Below the pieces are notes generated by a model. That model was not told where the DNA came from and did not search any database. It was given only the letters and a program-made list of their open reading frames with translations. A DNA stretch of 64,000 nucleotides from Eledone cirrhosa (taxonomy: Eukaryota): assembly GCA_964016885.1 (NCBI GenBank), contig OZ024745.1, positions 31,062,001 to 31,126,000 of the forward strand, given 5' to 3'. Of this stretch, positions 25,331 through 34,830 are shown piece by piece. The position numbers and the translations under genes are program-made. Numbering within the stretch: the first letter of the stretch is position 1; every line of letters starts with the position of its first letter.

Positions 25331-26213
25331 CTAGCAGTAAAGCCCGGCGTTGCTCGGGGTCGCTCAGTAGCTGTGTTAAAGTTACAATGTTAAGTTTCTT
25401 TCTTGGCTTAAAAACTGTAGTGTCTACTGTGCAGACTTGCATGTGGTGTTTTTGATTAATATTCCCTCAACCAACAATATGCCTTATGAAGTTAAGAAAA
25501 CATAACGATAACCCGAATGTTATAACAAAAGAGGATGCTGGGAATAGAAACTGCACTGGTTATTTATTAACAAAGATCGAAAATGTAAACACTGCAACGC
25601 AGAGAAAAACATTAGCGTAACCAAATTATCAGTTATGTCTGTCTGCACGCCTATATCACCTCTCTGCACGCCTATATCACCTCTCTGCACGACTATCTGT
25701 CTGCACGCCTATATCACCTCTCTGCACGACTATCTGTCTGCACGCGTATATCACCTCTCTGCACGACTGTCTGTCTGCACGACTGTCTGTCTGCACGCCT
25801 AACGACGAAATATTTGCTTGTTTTACGTAGTCTTTAAATAGACTTGTTTTCAAGTAAAAATATTGTTTTAAAATGCTTTTAAATAGAAATGAAGCAAAAC
25901 GGAAGCTTAGTGTTCGAACTGATGAATTTTGCAGGTCAATATTTTGCTGGCTCGACAACTGTTAAAGCCAGCATAATTTTTTTACGTAAGACGCTCAATG
26001 TAAACAGAACAAAGGGAAATAACTGATAACTTACGCTCAAAAATCGATACATTATATTCGATTTCGTCACATAGGGTGGGTCAATTTGAAATTTTTTTTT
26101 TCCGATGTCTTCGCTAGGGCTCAATGTACAAGTATAGCAATTTCGGTGCAATTCCATGAGAGATTCTAAGAGGAGATGTGTGCCAAAAATCGATAGACAG
26201 ACAGACAACCACA

Positions 26214-26230
<17 letters not shown>
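25331..26230 (-). mobile_element. Non-autonomous Helitron, copy 1
   Basis: Minus-strand 3' end CCCGAGCAACGCCGGG hairpin then CTAG|T; 5' end merges into (TA)n. Internal CTGCACG minisatellite; near-identical to 30094-31045. Confidence 0.82.
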
Positions 26231-26288
<58 letters not shown>

Positions 26289-26289
<1 letters not shown>

Positions 26290-26544
26290 GGGAAAAAAGA
26301 TGAAATTGAAAATGCAACTGGAGTCTTATTTTTTTTTAAATATATATATTTATTTGGTTCCTTTACCGGTTTCGCAGTTCTTCTGCTTTTCAAAAGTAGA
26401 GTTGAGAAAAACCACAGACCCTCCATCTCAACTCTACTTTTGAAAAGCAGAAGAACTGCGAAACCGGTAAAGGAACCAAATAAATATATATATATATATA
26501 TTTAAATAAGACTCCAGTTGCATTTTCGATTTCATCCTTTTTCC
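26289..26544. repeat. Long inverted repeat between (TA)n tracts carrying a degenerate hammerhead motif in each arm
   Basis: Arms ~26289-26406 and 26427-26544. Plus arm reads CTT-TTGAAAA-GCAG aagaa CTGC-GAAA-CCGG-TA-AAG. Confidence 0.75.
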
Positions 26545-26596
26545 TTATACTCGTGTAGGACACCGGTTATTTTTCATTTTGTAAAAAAAAGCTCAC

Positions 26597-26657
<61 letters not shown>

Positions 26658-27128
26658 ATAAGTTGACGGAACTAGCATGGGTATCACTGCTAGGACCGGT
26701 TGCATCTCAGCATACTCAATAGGTAATGTTAAGTAAACTCCCAGAGTAGACACATAGTTATTCATTTCAATACAACACACGTAAATGGGTACCTTCAACT
26801 TTATCCGTACTCAAGTTTCGGCCACACTTAATGCAGTAATAGAGTGCACAGCATCCACTGTCTGCATTTATTATGCAACAATGCACAATCGGTGCATGTG
26901 GCTTCATCAGCGGGTTTCGCCTAATCAATAACCAACCAAACGACAGAATTCGATTCCAGTCCGTGTCGGCTATGACTGTATGTGACGGCCAACACAGTAA
27001 AATCCCTACGCGTCATCACAACGCCGTCCAACGATTGGTTACTGATTCAGAAATTTACGTGGCGGCAGGAGACGAAATTCAAATAGTTCCGCTCCCGCCA
27101 TAAGCACTCAGCCAACGTATCCCAAACA

Positions 27129-27274
27129 CACCACTAATTGATTTGACAGACGTCTTTAACTCATTGATACCAAACATTATTTGGTCAGTAGTTCGTGTGT
27201 ATGTGTAAGTATATATGACCAAATAATGTTTGGTATCAAAGGGTTAAAGACGTCTGTCAAATCAATTAGTGGTG
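27129..27274. repeat. Hairpin/palindrome with ~58-bp arms
   Basis: CACCACTAATTGATTTGACAGACGTCTTTAAC...TTTGGTCA is mirrored by TGACCAAA...GTTAAAGACGTCTGTCAAATCAATTAGTGGTG. Confidence 0.85.
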
Positions 27275-27318
27275 AAGTTGGTGTATATATATATTTTGAA
27301 AATTTTGAAAATTGGTTT

Positions 27319-27680
27319 ATAAGTATGAATTTTCAGAAGATTTTCGTAGCTGTCTCGGTGGTCTAGCGATAGGTACCAGAGACGGTGGAGATCCTGGCCT
27401 TGGGTTCAATCTTGGTTGAGAGGAGCATAAGTATACATTTTCAGAAGATTTTCGTAGCTGTCTCGGTGGTCTAGCTGTAGGTACTAGAGACGATGGAGAT
27501 CCTGGCCTTGGATTCAATCCTGGTCGAGAGGTACATTTTTTTTTTAGTTTTTATTTTACATACCATTGGGAAAAAATGAAAAGGTTTACCGGGAACACTA
27601 CTCCCGACCAGGATCGAACTTCAGACAAGGATCACCACCGTCTATGATTCCTTCTACTAGACCGTCGAGACAGCTACAGA
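27319..27680. repeat. Three tRNA-like Pol III heads (two tandem on +, one convergent on -)
   Basis: 108-bp tandem unit containing GGTGGTCTAG (A box) and GGTTCAATC (B box). A diverged inverted copy at ~27596-27680 reads GTAGCTGTCTCGACGGTCTAG..GTTCGATCC on the minus strand. Confidence 0.6.
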
Positions 27681-28168
27681 AGTATAATGAAAATTAATAA
27701 TTATGAACCTACTTTCAAAATCAAAGTTAAAAAGTTGTGGTGCCGTTCATGGCTTTCCTATGTGTGTTTAACTGTTGAATTTATTTAATTTGATTATTTT
27801 AACAAACAAATATATATAATGCCAATTATTGTAAGTTTGAATCTGACATGCAAAAACATATATATATGAATAAAGTAAGCCCAAATCATAGTAGATTCAA
27901 ATATCACAGAGAGAAAGAGAGGGCAGGGGGGTTGGAGAAATGGATTAGAGCTTAAAATATAGTCTATATACATGAAATATAGTCTAGATAGATGAGAAAC
28001 AAAACGAGGATGTAGTTTATGGAACACCCAAATAATTTAGAAGTCGCCCGTAAGTAGGAGCAATAATATTAAGAAAGATATGAATGACATCACATCATTT
28101 TGTTTTGATTATTTTAACAAACAAATAATATATATATATATATATATATATATTTTATTTATTTTTTT

Positions 28169-28217
<49 letters not shown>

Positions 28218-29389
28218 AAAATAGTTAATTTCCTAGACGTTACGTTTAACTTAAACACTGGCTTTTATTACCCTTTTCATAAGCCCAATGAAAACTTAAA
28301 CTATGTTAATAACCATTCCAATCACCCTAAATCAGTAAAAAAAAATGCTATAGTAAATAGTGTGCAAAAACGAATTAATAAAATATCAGCCAATAAAGCT
28401 ATATTTGATGAAAACGCTGAATTCTACAACAACGCGTTAAAAAGAGCAGGATATATGAATAATATAGAATATGTAGATAATAATAATCCAAGTATTAATC
28501 TTGATAAAAATAATAACATATATAAGAGAAACTCTAATAATTATAATTCAAACACCCATACACCAAATAAATCGAGGAAAAGAACTAGAACTAAATCAGT
28601 CATATGGTTCGCCCCCCCCCCCCTGCTTCGGTCGCAGTTAGAACACCAATTGCAAAATTATTTAACGCTTTGGACACCTCTTTCCCTACTCTACTCAACA
28701 TAAATACCATTCCATTTTTAATAGACACACCATTAAATTCTCGTATTCTACAACTATGAACATGGCCCAAAACATTGCCAAATTAAACACTAAAATCCTA
28801 AAACAAAACCAGCATAATGATCTTAATAATAGAGTTAACATAAATGATACTAAACCAAAATGTAATTGTAGAAATAAAACTGACTGCCCTTTGCAAAATA
28901 ATTGTCTAGATAGTAATTTGGTTTATAAATGCACCGTAAAAACTGATCACAACACATACAACTACATAGGATCGACTTCTTCTACATTTAAAGCCAGATT
29001 TGCGAACCATAAATGCTCATTCTCGAACTCCAAGAGGAAATCATCCACTTCTTTATCACAGCTCATATGGTCATTAAAAGAGAAGAATTTAAAATACTCC
29101 ATTCTTTGGACAAAACTTCAGAATTGTGGAGTTTACCGCAACTCTAGTATATCAAATAACTGCGCGCTCTGTACAATGGAGACCCTAATTAACAAAAAAA
29201 GTGAATTATTCTCTAGTTGCCTTCATAAAGCTACGTCTACATTCTTAGCCTCCCACAAAACTAGAAAAAAAAGAGAAAGAAACACTAAACCATTAAAAAC
29301 TTGGTTTTCAGACGTATATAATCAACAGGGAAAAACATTAATGGCCTTTAATATTGCATTATCTTATAACTATCTATAGAAGAAATAAC

Positions 29390-29770
29390 AATTGATTCCA
29401 TTCTTTAAGTATCACTTTAGAAGGAGAATCAGGGTGGAGAGAGAGGCACTGCACCCCAGTAAATTTACTGAAAGGTGGGTGAATGAAGCGAAAATGGCCC
29501 GAGTGATTGGGCCTTCTCTGTTTATAAGCCTGTAGGTTGAGGAAGAGAGCAAAAGGAAGAAAGGAGCACTTGCACAACACGCTCCTTGAGTTGAGGGTTG
29601 TTCTATCGACGGGGTATTAAACAACCCATTTGTGGCGCCTCCCCCCTATTGGGGATTTCGATTGTTGAAATTGTTTGTTTTTATATTTTTTACACGACTG
29701 TATGTAAAATCCCCGGCATGTCTTTGTATTGTCCCCTTTCTTGTTGCGCCCTTGTGGCTAATAAAGAAAT
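29390..29770 (+). mobile_element. Tx1-like LINE 3' end inserted in the PLE, with a 20-bp TSD
   Basis: Direct repeat CTATCTATAGAAGAAATAAC at 29370-29389 and 29771-29790. End GCCCTTGTGGCTAATAAA matches the 3' end of the 13700-17826 element; body is similar to 61630-61710. Confidence 0.75.
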
Positions 29771-30093
29771 CTATCTATAGAAGAAATAACGCTCGAATGA
29801 ATGACACTTGTTCAATAACACGTTGATATACATAACATAATATTATTAACTTTGATCCATACCATTATTTCTCTATCTTTATTTTCCTATCTAAGTTTTA
29901 AATTTTAGTTTAAATATCCAACCCGTATATTTTTACGGAACTTATTTTTAACTGTGAATCATTCATGTGTTTACATTTTTTATTTTTTTATTTATAATAT
30001 GTATGTAATTATCTTTTGTAAGTTTTTAAATATACCTACCGTATTTTTATATCCATGATTCAAATATAGAGCAAATATCCAAACTATAAATTA

Positions 30094-31045
30094 CTAGCAG
30101 TAAAGCCCGGCGTTGCTCGGGGTCGCTCAGTAGCTGTGTTAAAGTTACAATGTTAAGTTTCTTTCTTGGCTTAAAAACTGTAGTGTCTACTGTGCAGACT
30201 TGCATGTGGTGTTTTTGATTAATATTCCCTCAACCAACAATATGCCTTATGAAGTTAAGAAAACATAACGATAACCCGAATGTTATAACAAAAGAGGATG
30301 CTGGGGATAGAAACTGCACTGGTTATTTATTAACAAAGATCGAAAATGTAAACACTGCAACGCAGAGAAAAACATTAGCGTAACCAAATTATCAGTTATG
30401 TCTGTCTGCACGCCTATATCACCTCTCTGCACGACTGTCTGTCTGCACGCCTATATCACCTCTCTGCACGACTATCTGTCTGCACGCCTATATCACCTCT
30501 CTGCACGACTATCTGTCTGCACGCGTATATCACCTCTCTGCACGACTATCTGTCTGCACGACTGTCTGTCTGCACGCCTAACGACGAAATATTTGCTTGT
30601 TTTACGTAGTCTTTAAATAGACTTGTTTTCAAGTAAAAATATTGTTTTAAAATGCTTTTAAATGGAAATGAAGCAAAACGGAAGCTTAGTGTTCGAACTG
30701 ATGAATTTTGCAGGTCAATATTTTGCTGGCTCGACAACTGTTCGTTCGTGTATTGTGTTAATATCATTTTAAACGCTGAGAAAGCCAGCGTAATTTTTTA
30801 CGTAAGACGCTCAATGTAAACAGAACAAAGGGAAATAACTGATAACTTACGCTCAAAAATCGATACATTATATTCGATTTCGTCACATAGGGTGGGTCAA
30901 TTTGAAATTTTTTTTTTTCGATGTCTTCGCTAGGGCTCAATGTACAAGTATAGCAATTTCGGTGCAATTCCGTGAGAGATTCTAAGAGGAGATGTGTGCC
31001 AAAAATCGATAGACAGACAGACAACCACAGTTTTATATATATAGA
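30094..31045 (-). mobile_element. Non-autonomous Helitron, copy 2
   Basis: 5' TCTATATATATAAAA on minus, 3' hairpin plus CTAG, inserted at A|T with no TSD; near-identical to 25331-26230. Confidence 0.85.
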
Positions 31046-32052
31046 TTACGGACCTTATTTTGAACTCTAAATTATCCATGCATTTATTATTATTTTTCTT
31101 ATTATTTTTCTTATATATATGTATGTATTTAACGTTGAAATCTATTATATAAGATTATAATCGTTATCATTTACCTAAAGTATACTGTATCACTAATACT
31201 TAATATATATCTATATATACCTCCCTGTATCTCTCTATACATAATTTTTAGATAACTTCTAAATTTTTAGAATATTATTTATTTTGAACTGTGAATAATT
31301 CATGCATTTACACCCTTTTATATATACGTATCTATTTAACTTTAGCATGCTTCAATCTATTATTTTATATTCGTTATCATTTACCTAAAATATACTGGCT
31401 CATTAATATATCTCTATATACATAATCGTTATTTAAATATTTATAACAATAAGTACTTCATAAGCTTTACATACCGAAAATGTTGACATTTTTATAGGTA
31501 ATCTTCGTTAAAGTTTACATTTAGAAAAATATTCAACAGTGTAAATTTTCTTTCGCTGGCCAGGTAAATCCTTTAAATTTTATCCTCATAAAATTCAGAA
31601 GCTTAGAAATATTAACACACTTATACAATTTATAAAATTAATAAATATAAATAACCAGCAACTTTTTTAAAAACCTAAAATCTTGATTCTTCACCCTTAA
31701 AGTAACATAAATTAAATATTTTGAAACTTAACCGTTTAGCTTTTGGGGAAAAAATCTCTTTCTGCATATATTACTCCCCTTTATCTTTCCGTCTCTTTGA
31801 ATCCCCATGGACAGTTATAATTCATGAGATCTTTTCCTAGATAACCATAACTTGTAGTATCCTACATTTTAAAATCTCTATAGCTGTCACATTAACCAAC
31901 GTTTTTCTTACTCAGACATTCTCTATTGAATTTATTACGTTTTCGCATTTTCTCATTATTAGGGTATAAATGTTGAATTTTCTCTTAAGTTAATCACTAC
32001 CTTGATTAAATCTTAACCATTTAACATCTCAGGGTATGTCATGTATCATTAT

Positions 32053-32105
32053 ATTTTGTCTGATGAGGACGTACTGTTGTACCTCCGAAATATATATAAT
32101 AAAAT
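32053..32105 (+). ncRNA. Minimal type I hammerhead ribozyme motif (PLE terminus)
   Basis: ATTTTGT-CTGATGA-GGACGTAC tgtt GTACCTCC-GAAA-TATATA-TA-ATAAAAT: full core, stems I and II pair, palindromic stem III loop. Confidence 0.82.
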
Positions 32106-32145
32106 TTAATTGATCAAAAGAACATCTATTTTATTAATATTTGTA

Positions 32146-32177
<32 letters not shown>

Positions 32178-32207
32178 AGAACAAAAGATGGTTAAAAGAG
32201 TTCCATA

Positions 32208-32278
32208 TATTTTATTATGCGCATTTCAAAAACAAATATCATCATGCAATAATATTTGTGTTTTCATCAGATAAAACA
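32208..32278 (-). ncRNA. Minimal type I hammerhead ribozyme motif (inverted copy)
   Basis: Reverse complement of 32380-32450, in the left arm of the 32172-32487 palindrome. Confidence 0.8.
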
Positions 32279-32379
32279 GGAAGACATGATATGAAGATTA
32301 AAAAACACTTGTGGATAGTTCAGTTTTAAATCAACATATGGTATAACAAGTGTTTTTTAATCTTCATATCATGTCTTCC

Positions 32380-32450
32380 TGTTTTATCTGATGAAAACAC
32401 AAATATTATTGCATGATGATATTTGTTTTTGAAATGCGCATAATAAAATA
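32380..32450 (+). ncRNA. Minimal type I hammerhead ribozyme motif
   Basis: TGTTTTAT-CTGATGA-16-bp stem II-GAAA-TGCGCA-TA-ATAAAATA. Confidence 0.82.
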
Positions 32451-32576
32451 CATGGAACTCTTTTAACCATCTTTTGTTCTTATATATTATGTATACTCCA
32501 GTCCTACAAACTGTAGAGTGCTTCTTATTCGATATCTGCATTGCTTTATTGTACTACAATAAAACTCACCTCCTAC

Positions 32577-32647
<71 letters not shown>

Positions 32648-32899
32648 AGTGAGTGTGAAAGACCAAAAGTCATTATTGAAAGTCTCTGGATTTCGCAAAA
32701 TACAAAATATTTTTTATTGGAGAAGGTAAGATATTTTCCCGCAAAAATTTGATTGCACTGTTTTGTTTCCACTTATGTATTTTTTTTAAATGTTGTTTAT
32801 TCATTATAAAAATTAAATGATAGCATTCTATATGTAGGTGGGCCCCCTTCATCTCCTGGCAACCAATATTTTTAGACCCAATCCGCCACTGCTTGCATA

Positions 32900-32948
<49 letters not shown>

Positions 32949-32988
32949 GTAATAATAATAAATTTGAAGACTTTAATCTGTTATTTTA

Positions 32989-33026
<38 letters not shown>

Positions 33027-33542
33027 GTTTATAACTGATTTAGAGCACTCAACAGTTTACTGGAGTAAATATTCAATGATTTTTTTTATTAAATATTCTT
33101 AATTTTTAAATATTCTTTATTTTTTATTTTTTATTTCTTTCATTTTTTTAATCCCTTTTTAAAAATTACTTTTTTTTTAAAATTATTTATCTCTAATAAA
33201 TTATATTTTTTTTTAAATGTTCTCAAATTTTAAATATTTTTTCAATATCTTTTATTAGATTTATAACCACTAACTAATTCTGGCTAAATATATCTTTCAA
33301 CATTTATACTTATTTTGACAAAATAGTCTCATACTAACGAATAAACAAAACTGGAGTTTTTCCATATCTTCACATTTTAAAATATATAAATATAAATATT
33401 CTTATTAACTCAGTTAATTTAATTTAATTTAACTTAATATTTACTTACATTAAATACAAAACCAATATCCCTCATAACTCATTAAAACAATTATCTATAA
33501 CACGATATACCCATCTATTCATTTATTTATCTATTTATCTAT

Positions 33543-33573
<31 letters not shown>

Positions 33574-33937
33574 TCTGTCTACTTATAACAGAAAATATTA
33601 TATTAGAAACGAATTTTAAACAACGAATAATCGTAAATACACATAATATTAGATTTATACTTAGAATATATTTCCCCCAAATTAACGTTATATTCATCTT
33701 CTCTTGTCTATTTCTTCTCTCTATCTCTCTCGTAATATTTTTTATCTTTATGTCCTTATATTTTTCTCTCTTTCTCCAGTGTCATTTAAATAAACGGTTT
33801 TTCAATTATTTACCTATTCATTTGCATATTAACACATCAGTTTGAATAATCCCTAATATATTTCCACTATCCAGTGAATTTCCAACCGATAAGGTATGAT
33901 TTTCATGGGTATGTCTCTATTTATAAAACAAACTTTG

Positions 33938-34002
33938 TATTTTATCTGATGAAAGCGTACCAATGTTGTCTTGGTTACCCTTGAAATATATATAAGAAAA
34001 TA
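33938..34002 (+). ncRNA. Minimal type I hammerhead ribozyme motif
   Basis: TATTTTAT-CTGATGA-AAGCGTACCAA tgttgtc TTGGTTACCCTT-GAAA-TATATA-TA-AGAAAATA, at the end of an AT-rich module just before (TA)n; one mismatch in stem I. Confidence 0.72.
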
Positions 34003-34060
34003 AATATGGTTTTATAAATATAGTTTCCATTTATTTAATATCATTGTGTATGTATGTATG

Positions 34061-34116
<56 letters not shown>

Positions 34117-34120
<4 letters not shown>

Positions 34121-34249
34121 GACAAACATAGAATATTCGAAAATATTCTGTATGTTTATAATAAACATTTTGAAGACCTAATCGCTATAGGTCTTCAAAA
34201 TGTTTATTATAAACATACAGAATATTTTCGAATATTCTGTTTGTCTTCA
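34117..34249. repeat. Near-perfect palindrome (~62-bp arms, 7-nt loop) embedded in (TA)n
   Basis: TGAAGACAAAC...TTTTGAAGACCTA atcgcta TAGGTCTTCAAAA...GTTTGTCTTCA. Confidence 0.88.
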
Positions 34250-34281
34250 CATATATATCGCTATTTCAGAGCATTAAATCC

Positions 34282-34508
<227 letters not shown>

Positions 34509-34534
34509 GTTATATATGTATTTATGTATATGAA

Positions 34535-34830
34535 AGTGCGTCGTTTGGTTACTCGGTTCAGAATCGTAATGTCGTGAGTTCAATTCCCGGCGGCACGTTA
34601 TGTCCTTGAGCAAGACACTTTATTTCACGTTGCTCCAGTCCACTCAGCTGGCAAAAATGAGTTGTACCTGTAATTTGAAGGACCAGCCTTGTTACACAGT
34701 GTCATACTGAATCTCCCTGAGAACTTCGTAATGGGTAGGCTTGTATGTGGAATGCTCAGCCACTTGCTCGTTAATTTCACGAGTAGGTTGTTATGTGGGT
34801 GTCTCGGACCTATATACACTGGTCACAGAC
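34535..34830 (+). mobile_element. tRNA-derived SINE
   Basis: B box GAGTTCAATTCC followed by GTCCTTGAGCAAGACACTTTATTTCACGTTGCTCCAGTCCACTCAGCTG, a core shared with 63737-64000. Confidence 0.7.

Larger units (their letters stand above)
28216..32150 (+). mobile_element. Penelope-like retroelement (RT C-terminus plus GIY-YIG endonuclease), 5'-truncated, with long AT-rich 3' region
   Basis: VNFLDVTFNL..YYPFHKP..YVNNHSNHP (PLE RT thumb), CNCRNKTDCPLQNNC linker, LVYKC...YIGSTSSTFKARFANH (GIY-YIG). Starts and ends in (TA)n and terminates with a hammerhead motif. The 3' boundary is inferred. Confidence 0.85.
24955..32891. mobile_element. Putative non-autonomous hAT-like shell containing nested insertions
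   Basis: Ends CAGTAGTGGACTGG.. and ..CCAATCCGCCACTG with shared subterminal GGTTGCCA and GGGCCC in inverted orientation; flanking 8-mers CTTGTATA / CTTGCATA (7/8 match). Confidence 0.55.

Noticed and set aside
27345-27535. Functional tRNA genes
   Set aside because: A and B boxes are present, but no convincing acceptor stem or cloverleaf could be folded by eye.
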